DNA from: Vicugna vicugna
Taxonomy: Eukaryota
Reading direction: 5' to 3'
DNA length: 64,000 bases
NCBI GenBank assembly: GCA_013265495.1
Contig: MU058451.1
Coordinates: 417,023-481,022, forward strand
The translations under genes and the position numbers were made by a program. Positions 13,180 to 25,937 of this stretch are shown one piece after another; the first letter of the stretch is position 1; the number at the start of each line of letters is the position of its first letter. The notes under the pieces were generated by a model. The model was not told the DNA's origin, ran no database searches, and was given only the letters and a program-made list of their open reading frames with translations.

Positions 13180-14870
13180 CATCTTGACCTTGGTGGTCGA
13201 CACAGTAATCTTAATGGGACAAAACTGCACAGAACTAAGTGTACACCACCCCCCACACAGAGAGCAATTCTCTTTCTTGGACATTTATCCTAGAGAAACG
13301 AGAACTTACATTCACACAAAAATCTGTATACAAATGTTCGTAATACTTTTATTTCTAATATTCCCCCCAAGGGAAAACAACCCAAATATCTTTCAGTGGC
13401 TGGAGAAACAAATTATGGTGTCTCTACAAATGGCCAATAGGCACATGGAAAAATGCTCAGTATTGCTAAGTATCAGAGAAATGCAAATCAAAACTACGAT
13501 GAGATATTACCTCACAGCAGTCAGAATGGGCATCCTTAAAAAGTGCACAAACAATAAATGCTGAAGAGGGTGCGGAGAAAAGAGAACCATCTTACACTGT
13601 TGGTGGGAATGGAGTTTGGTTCAGTCACTGTGGGATACAGTATGGAGATTCCTTAAAAAACTAAAAACAGACTTACCATATGATCCGGTAATCTTACTCT
13701 TCGGCATATATCTGGAGAAAACTCCAATTTGAAAAGATACATTCACCCCAATGTTCACAGCAGCACTATTTATAATAGCCAAGACATGGAAACAACCTAA
13801 ATGTCCATTGACAGATGACTGGATAAAGAAGTTGCAGTGTATATATATACAATGGAATACTACTCAGCCATAAAAAGGAATAAATAATGCCATTTGCAGC
13901 AACATGGGTGGACTTGGAAATTGTCATACTAAGTGAAGTAAGCCAGAAAGAGAAAGAAAAATACCATATGATATCACTTATATGTGGAATATAAAAAAAT
14001 GACAGAAATGAACTTATTTACAAAACAGAAACAGACTCACAGACATAGAAAACAAACTTATAGTTACCAGGTGGGGAAGGAGGGTGGTGGAGGGATAGAT
14101 TGAGAGTTTGGGATTTGCAGATACACACTACCATATATAAAATAGATAAACAACGAGGTCCTACTATATAGCACAGGGAACTATATTCAATATCTTGTAA
14201 TAATTTATAGTGGAAAGCATTGAAAAAAGAATGTATATATGTATACATGTATAACTGAGTCACTTTGCTGCACACTGAAACTAACACAATATTGCAAATC
14301 AACTATAATTCAATACAAAAATTAATAATAAAAAACCAAATTATGGTATCTCCATACCATGGAATATCACTCAGCAATACAAAGGAACAAACTATTTATA
14401 GACAACAACTTGGGTGGATCTGAAAGGAACTATGCTTAGTGAAAAAGCCAATCTCAAAAGTTCACTTACTATATGATTCCATTTATATAACATTCTTGAA
14501 ATGACAACATTATAGAGTTGGAGCACAGATTAGCGGTTGCCAGGGGGTTAGAGAGTGGAGTGGGAGGGGAGCTTTGTGATGGAATTATTCTGTATCTTGA
14601 CAGGTAGTGGTCACATAAATCTACACATGTGATAAAATTGCATAGAATCAGGCATAGACACACACACACACACACGTACACAAATGAGTGTGTAAGAACT
14701 GAATAAGGTTGCTGGATTGCATCAATGTTAATTTCCTGGTTGTGACATTGTACTATAATTCCCTAAGAAGTTATTGTGGAATCAAACTGGGCACTGGGTA
14801 TGTGGACTCTCTCTGTATTACTTCTTACAACTAGGTGAGAATTTACAGTTCTCTCAAAATAAAAAAGCTT
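13180..14870 (+). mobile_element. Old L1MC/MB-type 3' region, interrupted by a younger L1 at 13425-14336
   Basis: gcaattctctttcttggacatttatcctagagaaacgagaacttacattcacac (13264) resumes at 14353 cataccatggaatatcactcagcaatac and ends at tctcaaaataaaa. Confidence 0.85.
13425..14336 (+). mobile_element. Cetartiodactyl-type L1, 5'-truncated (ORF2 3' end, 3' UTR, A-tail) with TSD
   Basis: [30 protein letters not shown] is ORF2p-like; TSD caaattatggtgtctc (13409-13424) / caaattatggtatctc (14337-14352). Confidence 0.95.
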
Positions 14871-17800
14871 TTTAAAAACATAGTAGTTTCTCTGAACCTG
14901 GGGCTGTTTTCAGAATTAATAAGGCAAAATATATTGCAATATATATAATGTAGATCTTTTAAAAGCCTGCTTTATGTGTGTAAATCATTAATGTTATTTT
15001 TAATTCTGAAGGGGAACCTCAGCATTAGGTCTTATAATTCAAAATTACACCAAACTGATGTACCTAACCTTGAGTCTACCTCTTACATTTGGAGTTCAGG
15101 GTTTTATTCATTTCTTTCACTTAATACTGTCCACTAGTTTTGCTAACAACTTCAGTAACATTTCTACTACTTAAGAGATTTTGTGTGAGACGGTGAATGC
15201 TGTATTATGGGTACTCTCTATAAATACTGTTTAAAATTAGATGGCAAAGACTTTTAATTCACATCCTGCCAACTGTTTTACCACACTTTTTTTTTTCGTG
15301 CCTGTTTGCCTGCTATGTTATCCTCTATAATGAGTGAGTTACAGTAATTGTAGCTGGAAAAATCATCATGCAAGGGGGAAAAAAAAGCTCAAAACCTGCC
15401 TTATTTTTAAATCAGTAAAGCTTCTGTCATTTTTTGGCCGAGTTACAGCTTCACAGCAAAGTCAAAGAACCAGCAGAGTAAATGCCACGTGGGGAATGTC
15501 TCCGTTGAAGCATAAATTAACTGTATTTCATTTTCCCTTAATAAAGAATTTCAGTTTTTCCACAGTTAACTGTATAATCAATTTGCTCCCCTGCTGGTTT
15601 GCTAACTTGCTGTTGGCTTTACTTCAATAATATTGAGCCCAGCCTGGAATGAGAGAAGGAGGGGGAGCTGATTTCACTGAGAATATGCGGTGGTGACAGA
15701 ACATAGATTTTCCTTCTGGAATTTTGCTAGGCCTTTTATCCTTAAAGAGCCTAGATGTATTGCCCCAAGACCCCACACTCCTCTGGTCACCTATAATATC
15801 TGGTGCATCATACAGCTTCTTTAATCATGCTTTGGTGATTGGATGATATGAAAGTTTTAAATCCTCCTCAGTGTACTGCATGCAGCCTTGGGCTTTCTAG
15901 CCCCTGAGAGCCTCTGGAAGACCTTTTTGCTTTATTTTATTATTTTTAAAAAATCAGTTAAGTATGCAAGAATTGAGAGTTCTAAGTAAGAAAGTATTTC
16001 AAGTCAAGTAGCTTCCATGAGTAATGCAACATAACTTTATATGAAATGCTGCTGTGCAATCAGCACTTTAATTGCAAAATTATCCTACTGGAAAGATTGG
16101 AGAGAGCACAGAAAAAAATACATTCTATCATAACTGCTGATTTTGTTCTTCCTGCCCTTCCCATGCCTAGAAATTATACCCTATACTATGGGTTTGTTCA
16201 CTAACTCACTTGTAATTCCACATTTTTTTCCCCGAGCTCTCTGGATTACAAGACACAAGTTAAACATACAAGATAAACAAATATTATCTTTAGTCACAGA
16301 ATCACCAGACAAAAAGCTCTTCAGAGCAAGCCGTCTCCACCCGTCCACAGTACTATTTCTGCTCCTCATTCCTAAAGCAGCTCTTCAATTTGAGGACAGT
16401 ACACTCGGTAGACTTGAGAAGATGTTATGCACCAAAGTCAAACCATCAACCGTTCCTTTCATCAGCCTAAAATTTCCTTTGTTCCCCGATAGCTTCATAG
16501 TCACATTAACCCCTACGCTGCCTTCCAAGGGCTGTGGAAGAGTGCAGGAGTGCAAAAACGTCCTAGTGTTCTTAGTCACACAGAGAACCCCTCATTCTCA
16601 GCATTGGTTGTTTCCTTTGTTATCCTTATGGTTGTAGCTTTTGCTGTATAGTGTAGAACTATAGTTCTCATGGTTCTCCTTTCTGGCTCATCATTACATA
16701 ATGGCTTGGGATGAGGTTTTGCTTTTGTTTTCTTCCCTAAATCTATTGGAAATCTCAGTTTTTTTTTTTCCCTCCCTGCCTTTCCCCAGAGAGTCCTCAG
16801 GAAGTTTTCTAATTAACTGAACTATTTTTCTCTATTTCACTCAATTTTTCCATCTGAAGGGAGGGTCCGCTTTTATTGACTTTTTTTCCAGAAATAAACA
16901 GTTCTTTTTCTGCAAGCTATGTAAGAAGGAGTAAGAAGTAGTTAAAGGATAAGAAAATACAACATTTAATATGAACTTCGCCCCCGCTGGAATCTTTAAG
17001 GGTTGATGTACACCTTAAACTATGCCTAAAAGGCAAGAAAGCATTCATTATGGTCCTGTCATCTGAACTAAGTCTGAGGCTGCTAAGCAATGCTAGGCTT
17101 CCTGAGATTTTTTCAGTCAATTGACCAAATCAAAAATTGAGCTTAACTGGCTTAAAATCAGGGAAATAGTGGAAATTCAAACGCAGTAGAGTGATGACAA
17201 TTCATCTCTATTTTACAGAATCCACAGGAAAATTAATATGAAGATAATTATGATTGAATTTCCCCTGTGGCAATCTTTGAGAATTATTTTTTGAGAAAAA
17301 CTGTAATTGAGAATGGCATACTTATTTGAAGAAAACAACCTAACACACTGTCACTGAAGCAGGACGTTCTGGTTACAGCCTTCCCCTGCCATTTCATCTC
17401 ATGATTGAGCCCAGATTAGGGGCACAGTCAGTCTCATCAAGGCTCAGAACAGCTCTATTGGGCCAAAAAGCATATTGAAGAGAGTTGTTTGACTGCTCTG
17501 GGACAAGCCATGACAAGTCTAGGCAATAATTTGAAGGAAATTTCTAAAAAGATCATGTAGCAAGGTCCCAATTTAGAAAGCCGTAGGAATTCTGTCCAGT
17601 CAAATGATGGTGGCCACACCCATCGCACCCAGTCAGATAACCGTCCAAGAGCTTTATAGTGTGACTCACTTCAAATCCACCAAGAAGATGTTCTGCAAAT
17701 GTTTTCTGAGAGACTGAATTTTTTTTTTTTTAATCTTCTAATCCCTGCTTGAGCGTGAATCTAAATTCCACTTTCCTTTTTCTTCCCAGCGTTTGCTGGG

Positions 17801-18468
17801 ACGGTCACCATTGCTTTGGTCTTTGGTCTATTACTTCAGTATTACTCATCTTTGATAATCTTTCATAGGCTCATTCATTCTAACCTAATTTCTTGTTAAG
17901 GAGAACCTGCATGGGCATTTTTGTTCTTTCTAGTAGATTTTTTTCTTCAGCTACAAAGAGATAAAATGGAAATGAATGCTGTATTTTTTCTTTCTTCTTG
18001 CCCTCAAGAAAATGAGAGGACCAGGGATCATTTATGAAAGCAAAAGAAAGTTTTATTGGTCTTTGTAGGGCAGGCAGCTATGAATATCTTGCTTCTGTGG
18101 GAAAGCTGAAAATCTAAAAGGAATGTCTTTGGATTAGTATGCTTGAAGGTAAGAAATTCCTCTTTCTTTAGCAGAGCCATATGGAAAATACACACACACA
18201 TACATTAAAACAGGACAGAAAATCAGAGTGAATAGAGTGAAGACAAAATTGAAAAAGGTAAGAAAACTAAAGTTAAAATTTAGTGCACTACACCCCAGGG
18301 TTATTTTTTTTTTTCCTGCCCTGTGATCAGAAGCATTCAGCGTAACAGTTGGCCAAGACAGAAATCAGAATAACAGCTAAGAAATTGCAAGAAAAATATA
18401 AGAAGTTTTTGAAATGAGAGAAAAACCACCTTCTCCTCTTTTCCCTTTGATATTAAACTCACACAATG

Positions 18469-18469
<1 letters not shown>

Positions 18470-18503
<34 letters not shown>

Positions 18504-18541
18504 GTATGCTTCTCTCTCTCTCACACACAGACACACACACA
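18470..18541. repeat. (CT)n...(CA)n microsatellite
   Basis: Read directly from sequence. Confidence 0.9.
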
Positions 18542-18852
18542 GGTCACTTCTATAACTTAGAAAAAAATATCAAAAAAACTCTTGCTTCCACCTTTACATT
18601 ATTACAGATAATTATATACAATGTCACTTGGCATTTTGAAATTAAAAATGGATTTCTCAAATAACTTCTACATTAAGTGCAAACTGATAATTTATCAGTG
18701 GCATGGCCTTTATCAAACACCTCACCTCTGCCCAAGTAATTGTCAGGGGAAACAAGATGAAATGGAAGCATCTGCTCCCCGTTTATTCACTTATTAATTA
18801 TTTAACAAATATTTGTTACACACCTGCTAAAGTATTGGGTACTATCAGGGAC

Positions 18853-19260
18853 TGTATCAGTTAGGGTCCCAAGAGTAAACAGATGGTACATTCAAATTAG
18901 GATAATCCAAGGGGAGTTTATTTACAAAAAGGATTAATTGCAAAGGTTTGGGTAAGGAGGGATTGTGCAGGAACCCAAGGCTAGTATCAATGCAACTGTC
19001 CCCATGCCTGGGTTCTGAAGGGACAAGGAGAGGGAGAGGGCAAAGGAACCCAGGCAGAGATAGTTGTGAGGAGCAGAGGACCTCACAGGAGAGGAGCCAG
19101 GGAACCCAGTATCCTTATCTCACTTTCCTCCCTCCCTCTGATCACCACCCACCCACTGAACTTAGCAGGAGTCAGAGCTTAAGGACAGAATCCATGCCCG
19201 CCAGTCACCTGGAGGCAGAGCACAGGGGAGTGGTATGGAATGGAGGCGCAGATGCAGACA
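18853..19260 (-). mobile_element. ERVL-class solo LTR (LTR33/LTR41-like, name uncertain) inside an L2 3' end
   Basis: TG...CA bounded; starts tgtatcagttagggtccc, contains tttatt (AATAAA on the - strand); L2 text on both flanks (18780-18850, 19261-19300). Confidence 0.6.
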
Positions 19261-19563
19261 AGTCAGTAAGAAAGCTCCTGCCTGCACAGAGTTTACTTTC
19301 TTTTTAGAAAGTGGATATGTTCACGTGTAGCCGTAAGAGCCTTGAGTGCTAGCAGGCAAGTACCAGCCAAGGGTGAGTTTCCAGTTGGGGCAGTAGGAAA
19401 CGTGGGGCAGTAGCCACAACAGTAAGCCAGTGTGCTCTGAATGGCTGCTATGTTTCTTCCAAAGTCGCATTTTAATTGAATTCCAAGCAGGATTGTAGCA
19501 TAGTGCATACACTTCTCATTTTCAGAGACTTTTCTCCTTACAGGTGATCATATAAGAAGTTAG

Positions 19564-19670
19564 GTGCTCGCTGTAGCAGCACATATACTAAAACTGGAAT
19601 GATCCAGAGAAGATTAGCATGGCCCTTGGGCAAGGATGACATGCAAATTTGTGAAGCCATCCATATTTTT
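19564..19670 (+). pseudogene. RNU6: Full-length U6 snRNA retropseudogene, 5' part of a U6/L1 chimera
   Basis: GTGCTCGCTGTAGCAGCACATATACTAAAACTGGAATGATCCAGAGAAGATTAGCATGGCCC...CCATATTTTT; about 12 substitutions from canonical U6 by manual alignment, ACAGAGA box reads CCAGAGA; no convincing PSE upstream. Confidence 0.97.
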
Positions 19671-19890
19671 GGGGATTAGTAGATACAAACTGCTATATAC
19701 AGAATAGATAAACAACAAGGTCCTGCTGCATAGCACAGGGAACTATATTCAAAAGCTTGTAAATCTATAATTGAAAAGAATATAAAAAAAGAATGTATAT
19801 ATATGCATATGTGTAACTGAACCACCATGCTGTATACCAGAAACTAACACAACATCGTAAATCAATTATACTTCAATAATAGTAATTTTT
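19671..19890 (+). mobile_element. L1 3' UTR tail fused to U6
   Basis: Matches 14110-14320 of the L1 in this window; whole chimera flanked by TSD taagaagttag (19553-19563) / taaaaagttag (19891-19901). Confidence 0.95.
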
Positions 19891-20420
19891 TAAAAAGTTA
19901 GAAAGGGGAGAACAGAACTATTATGTGAAACACATACCTATTTTCAATTCTTTCTCTCACCATAAAAGCATATGTGGTTACTCTACGCTTCCGGACTCTA
20001 CAGCCCATGTCTTACACATACACTACATCCCTCTGTAACGCACATGCTTTTTACAGTAAAATTTCTCTTGACCTCAGTGCTACCTGTCCTTCAAGGCTGA
20101 AACTTCTCTTAGTACTCCAACACTAATTTCTTCTTCTTCTAGGCCACCATAGCACCTAAATCCTAACTTTATTAGTTATTTGTTTATGTGTATGTTTCTT
20201 CTGCTCTTTCATCTTGACCTTCAGTGGCTTAAAGGATTATGAATTTAAAAATTTTTTTTAGATTCCTTTTCACAGTATCTAGCATACTGGGTAGTACAGG
20301 AAGGGTACTGAGTTTGACTCTTATGATTTATGTCTAATTATTTGGATAGATAAATCGTCCCATTAAAATTAGCACAATGTTTATTCTTCAACCTGCTGAA
20401 TCAAGTTGAACTTCCACATG

Positions 20421-20515
20421 TGGGTTGATCATCTGTCCTGTTTCGCCTGGAATGGTCTCAGTTTGTGCCTGTATTATCTAAGTATTAATAGCTCTCTCCC
20501 CTTGCTTATCAATAT
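20421..20515. mobile_element. MER94-like hAT-Blackjack MITE, left part; right part at about 21500-21543
   Basis: gggttgatcatctgtcctgtttcgcctggaatggtctcagtttgtgcctg...tattaatagc, resuming after the L1 as agtgtgtcttagtttggagcattaattatacaataatcct. Confidence 0.55.
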
Positions 20516-20599
20516 ATCCTGAAGAAAATACTTGTAATGGCTATACCAGGTAACGGTATAGTAGCTGTAATATGGTACTACATGGTAGAGGCCTTTCAC

Positions 20600-21482
20600 C
20601 ATTCAACAATAAAAAGACAACTCAATTTAAAAATGGGCAAAGGATTTGAGTAGACTTTTCTCCAAAGAAGATATACAAGTAGCCAATAAGCACATGAAAA
20701 GATGCTCAACATCACTAATCATTAGGGAAATGCAAATGAAAACCACAGTGAGATACCATGTCACACCCATGAGGTTGGCTATAGTGCAAAAGATATTAAA
20801 AAGTGTTGGTGAGGATGTGAAGAAATCGGTACCCTCATAAATGGCTGGTGGGAATATAGAATGGTCACTGTGGAAAACAGTGTGTTGATCCCTCAAAAAG
20901 CTAAACAAGAATTCTCAAATGACCCAGTAATTCCATTTCTAGGTATATACTCAGGATAAATGGAAAGAGATAGTTACACAAAAACTTGCACATGGATGCT
21001 CATAGCTGCATTATTCATCATAACTGAAATGTGGAAACAACCCAAATGTCCATCAACTGATGAATGGATAAACAGATGTCATACAACCATACAATGGAAT
21101 ATCATTCAGCCATGAAAAGGAATGAAATAATGATCCATGTTACAACAGAGATGAACCTTGAAAGTATGCTCAGTAAAAGAAGTCAGGTACAAAAGTCCAA
21201 ATATTATATGATTCTATCTGTATGAAATGTCTAAAATAGGCAAATTCATAGAGACCAAAAGTAGATTAGTGGTTTCTAGGGCCTGGGCAGAAGAGGACTG
21301 AGGAGTCACTGCTTACTGCATATGGGGTTTCCTTTAGAGGAGATGAAAATGTTTTGGAACCAGATAGAAGGGATGGTTGTACAACAGTAAACATATTAAA
21401 AAAAAACACTGAATTGTACAATTTAAAATGGTGAATTTTATGTTGTGTGAATTAAATCTCAATTTTAAAAATTACCAAAAAA
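20600..21482 (+). mobile_element. L1MB-type 3' end (ORF2 end plus 3' UTR)
   Basis: ORF 20646..20840 [34 protein letters not shown] is ORF2p-like; ends ggtgaattttatgttgtgtgaattaaatctcaatttt. Confidence 0.92.
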
Positions 21483-21950
21483 ATCTGTAACAAAACAAAT
21501 TGCAGTGTGTCTTAGTTTGGAGCATTAATTATACAATAATCCTATCCATAGGGCAATTCTTAGGAAGTAAATGGAAAAAAGTAAAGATTATAGAGATCGT
21601 GAGGAGCTGGGAGCTGAAGAATTGAATGGAGATCTTTTTCCAAGACAAGGTTCTCTAAGAGACAGACAGTTAACATAACAGGAAGAAAGGTTTGGTTCTG
21701 TATTCTGAATCTGATATTACTCAGACTGAGATTCCAAAGATTCTCTTGAAGAATAAAGGTTAATATTCCTTAGTACAGAAGGTCCCCTACCTGACAAATT
21801 TTAACTTAGAATTTTCAGAAGAGGAGCAAAACTAGAGACCTATCGGTCTAATGTTATTTGGAAGAAGCAGGAGCTTAAGAACTTCAATGCAAAACATTAC
21901 CAAAGTGCTGCTGCTGAAAGTTTTGTGTCAAGATCCCACCATCACCTGAG

Positions 21951-22098
21951 TTTTTTTTTAAATTTTTATTTATTTATTGGGGGTGGGGAGTAATTAGGTT
22001 TTTATTATTTATTTATTTAAATGGAGGTGCTGGGGATTGAATCCAGGACCTTGTGCATGCTAAGCACACACTCTACCACTGACCTATACCCTCTTCCC
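21951..22098 (-). mobile_element. tRNA-derived SINE (camelid Vic-1-like), long form
   Basis: Reverse complement gggaagagggtataggtcagtggtagag...cctggattcaatccccagcacctcc...aacctaattactcccc plus A-tail; A and B boxes; TSD atcacctgag / atcaccctag. Confidence 0.9.
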
Positions 22099-24809
22099 AT
22101 CACCCTAGTTTTTATGACACCTTCCAGTGAGCTCACAGCCAGTGCCAGTGGCAGGCAGACAGCACGGATGATCCCGTAGCTGCTAAAGGACGATCCCTGG
22201 GCTCTGGCAGAGCTCAGCAAGGAGAGCAGGGGCCTCCTTCTCTGCATGTGTGGTGGGGATGAAACAAATCCATTTTGCACGAAGAGCTCTGATGGAATGT
22301 GTCTTAGCCTGACTCTAAAGCTTAAAAGATGAACACACACTCCTGTTCAGGGGAAATGCATTTGAGACTTAACAAGTTTATAAACCTCACCTATTTGGAA
22401 GTAGAAAGCTAGACTGAATCTATTCCCTTCTTTTGTTTTAAATCATGTGTTGAGTGAGGGGTTTCCTTATTAAATAAAACCCCCTGATGTCTCAATGAGG
22501 CCCTCCCAGCTGGGCATCCTCTACTCTGTCTCCATTTGCCACACCGTCATGTTGTTCCTTCCTTCCATGCCTTTCTCCCTCCCTTTTATTATGGACTTTC
22601 TCTAGGCTTAGCAATATGAAATACACACATAAGTAAACCCTGGAGATTTGCCCTCATAATCAAGGCGTCATAATCAAGTTGAAGGGAGAAATAGAAACAC
22701 ATAGAAAATGCTAGATAATCTTACGCTTTAAACATCATATGAGCATGTCACTCCGTAACATATGATCAAATTCTAAATGAGCAGAACAGGAACACATTCT
22801 ATGGCTTTAGGAAGAAGATCACTATGGAATGAAAAAGACTGAGAACTGGTTCATGTTTCATTTAAGGTAACTCTCATTTTGAAGAACTCAAAGATTTTCT
22901 ACCAACAACTGAAATACGTTACCCATTACTCGGGCTTGGAAAAGAGTTTTGTTTTACATAATTGTAATCAGATTTGATGCGTACTGTAAAATTCTAATAC
23001 AATCTCCCTTCCTAACTCCAAATTGGATAGCCTCTTAGCATTTGTGGTAACAGGATTCGACCTATAATACATTGTGTTTATATAATACCCTATATTTAGC
23101 ATCAAATGGAAAAGTTTTCCAATAATGAGGTTTTGGAACACAGTCAATTCAGAGGCATCAAGTCATGCTCATAACAGCCCAGCAGCTCTGAACTGTTCTT
23201 GAGAAGAGAGTGAGTGACAGGATGCAAAACTAGCGATTGTGCAAAGACCTGAGCTGTTCTCTTCATCGAAACTTGAATGTAAACTTTCCTTATAAGGGAC
23301 TGCTTGGTTGATTGACCTTTCTTTGAGGAAACTGTCCTTTATCTTTCCACCCACTCACTCCTAAAAATGTTTCATTCTGTATCAGAGGTAGCACTAGACC
23401 ATCAGCTAAATTATCTCAGAACGTTGGCAGGCTCCAGTTTCCAGTTTGACAATGTAACTTAACCATACTTTTTTTTTCCCTTTCTGAAAAAGCTACCCAA
23501 TCCCCACACAACAAAACAAATTTACCAAAAACACTGCAATCACTGCCAGTAGCAAACAAAAATCCCCCAAATAACAATAGCAACAAAACCCATCCCATGA
23601 GACAAAATTCCCCCACTGACGTCACTCTGCAAAGATTTTAGGGACCTACTTTGTGAGCTATCCATACTGAGAACGTTCTGGCACAAAGAAATGAGAACTT
23701 TGCCTGTTTCAGGTGTGGCTTTAAGGAACAGAATTTTCCACGCTGGATTAGATCATTTTTCCATCAAGTCCAATATCCTGCTTAGCTGACAAGAAGTTAA
23801 TGATGGCGAAATGCTTTGAAAACATAAATACCACATACACACAAACAATAATGAGCCTGCATGCTAGTAACTTTATGGCCCCGAGCCCTGGTTCATGATA
23901 CAATTTTTTAAAAAGAACCTTAAATGTATAGAAGAGACAAAGTAAAGATTAACTTCGTGCTTCCTTTCATATTTTACATGTCTTGAGCAAATAAATGATT
24001 AAAAAAACCCAAAGAAACCCCGGAAGTGTCAAAAATTAAGGATGTTTCCAGAAGCAGTTAAGCATGTGTTTTGGGATATTCATTACAATGTGGAAGTGTT
24101 TCTTGGGTCTGGATATAAAGAACTGAGTTAAGCAGGTTGCATATAACCATAGGGCTCACTGCCTAGAAGTGATTATTTTTGTTCTTTCTTCTCTCCTATT
24201 GGACAGGGAATAGGAGGGACAGAAGCTTTATCAACTATTTCTTTAGCCTTAAATTTGCTTAGAAAGTGGGAGCCACTTTCTTTCAGATCTGTTAATTTTG
24301 TATTTTTTTAAGGAGAGTTTAATTTGTTCTTGAACTATGGGAAGATATTTAAAATAAGCTAGAGTATAGTGCTTGCTTTTTTACAAAAAAGAGCATTTGA
24401 AGTGTTGTTTATTGAACAGCTTTTTAAAATTAACAATGACTGACGAATGTATGGGATTCATCAGTGAATTATGGTGCTTTGCTCTCTACAAAGGCTGAAA
24501 AAAAAAATCACACTAGAGTCCTTCATTCTTTGTGTTACTTTTCAAAAGGGATCTCAAATTTTCCATCGCAAAAGTTTTCAGATAACTTTCCCATTTGGTC
24601 TTCATTTAATTTAGAACTGTTTAGACCATCCCAAGAACACTTGGTTTCTTTAAAAAATTCAGGATAATTAAGATACTGATGCTTTAGGAGCTTGTATTTT
24701 TATTAGGGTTTTATTTGAAAGTCTATCTAGATTCTATTTAATTTTTCTAAGCATTACGGAATAGCAGAGTTTATAAAAAACATACAAAAAGGTGCCAAAA
24801 TAATAACCT

Positions 24810-25050
24810 GATATTTGTACATTGTTTCTGCCTCAAGTATCATGAAGCACTTTGCATGCAAATATTTGTTCTATTTCATAGATGAAGAAATTCAGGGACT
24901 AGAATAGCCATCGTAGCGCTGTGTTATGTAGCAAAAAGTGCCCTGAGCTGGAAACAGACGTTTCTAGATTTGAATGTACCATCGTAGGCTTGGCTTTTAA
25001 CCTCCTTGGGCTTCAGTCTCTGCACTTATAAAATGAAGGGTTTGGGCTAA
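24810..25050. mobile_element. MIR fragments
   Basis: atttcatagatgaagaaattcaggg and tttaacctccttgggcttcagtctctgcacttataaaatgaaggg. Confidence 0.6.
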
Positions 25051-25855
25051 ATCTATTGAGAATGTTAACACTCTACATGTCTAACCCTGGAGGAGCTGTT
25101 GAGAGCAAAATTTAGTTTGTCAACCCCAGAGAGGAAAGGGGACTGGGAATCAGAGAGTGTGAAGGCCCTGGGAGGCGGTGGCCTTGAGAGGAGTGTTGCT
25201 GGGATCAGCTCTCCACACACCAGCCCAGCACTGGACATCGCTGAGAAGAGCACTGGGTGTTCCGAGCCTGCGCGTCCAGGGGCAGGCGGACATAGATGGG
25301 GTTGTGCACTGAATAAAAATTCTGGTCCATTCAGAAAGAAAAAGCCAGGAAGGCCATTGTTTCCAGCCACCCGTGCTTAGTAGTCGTTGAGATTCCCAGA
25401 GCTCTTCTATCTTTGCTAACTTACTTTTCACTTGCTTTTCCAAAACCAGCCTAACTTTACCAGTAGGTCCACAACTACAATTGGATGGACACAATGCCAA
25501 GCAATAAATTAAACTCTTTTTGTTTCCAAATTCACTGACACTGCCTAATCACACAATTAAAATGCTTTTCTGGTTATAAAAGCAATGCATATTTTCCTGA
25601 AGAACTTTAGAAAATGTTTTAAAAATTACAATAAAGATGAGCAATAATCCCACCACCCAGAGTACGAATAATCACTGTAAACATTTCAGTACAATTCCAA
25701 GTTGTTTTCTGTGCGCATATCTACAAGTTTTGTTTTCAAAACTGAGATCACATTGTATATACATGACTTTAAACCCTTCTTTTTTCTATATCAAGGGTAT
25801 AATGTGAGCACTTTCACATCACAAAAGCACTTACATAGTAAGATGGTATTTAGTT

Positions 25856-25937
25856 CTGATGCCAAACATCTGGATGAAAAGTAAAAAAATCAGCCAATTA
25901 TCTGGATATTTTCAAATACCCAGATGTTTGGCACCAG
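25856..25937. repeat. Inverted repeat, 18-bp arms (17/18 match) with 46-nt spacer
   Basis: ctgatgccaaacatctgg (25856-25873) ... ccagatgtttggcaccag (25920-25937). Confidence 0.85.

Noticed and set aside
16143..16637. 164-aa ORF, the longest in the track
   Set aside because: Non-ATG (ttg) start, no recognisable domain, no convincing splice boundaries; length is compatible with chance in 64 kb.
17670..17692. Possible 23-nt minus-strand micro-exon (ag|AACATC...TTTGAA|gtgagt)
   Set aside because: Good donor, but the acceptor has a purine-rich upstream tract and there are no supporting neighbouring exons.
19564..19670. Functional U6 gene (also 57709-57805)
   Set aside because: ACAGAGA box mutated in both copies, L1 tail and TSD present, and no upstream type-3 Pol III promoter retained.
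23260..23361. Minus-strand acceptor ttttag|GAGT with short frame VSGWKDKGQFPQRKVNQPSSPL*
   Set aside because: No homology recognised and no linked exons.
25110..25465. GC-richer segment with AATAAA and three overlapping ORFs
   Set aside because: Looks like an ancient LTR remnant, but I cannot assign family or ends; the ORFs lack homology.
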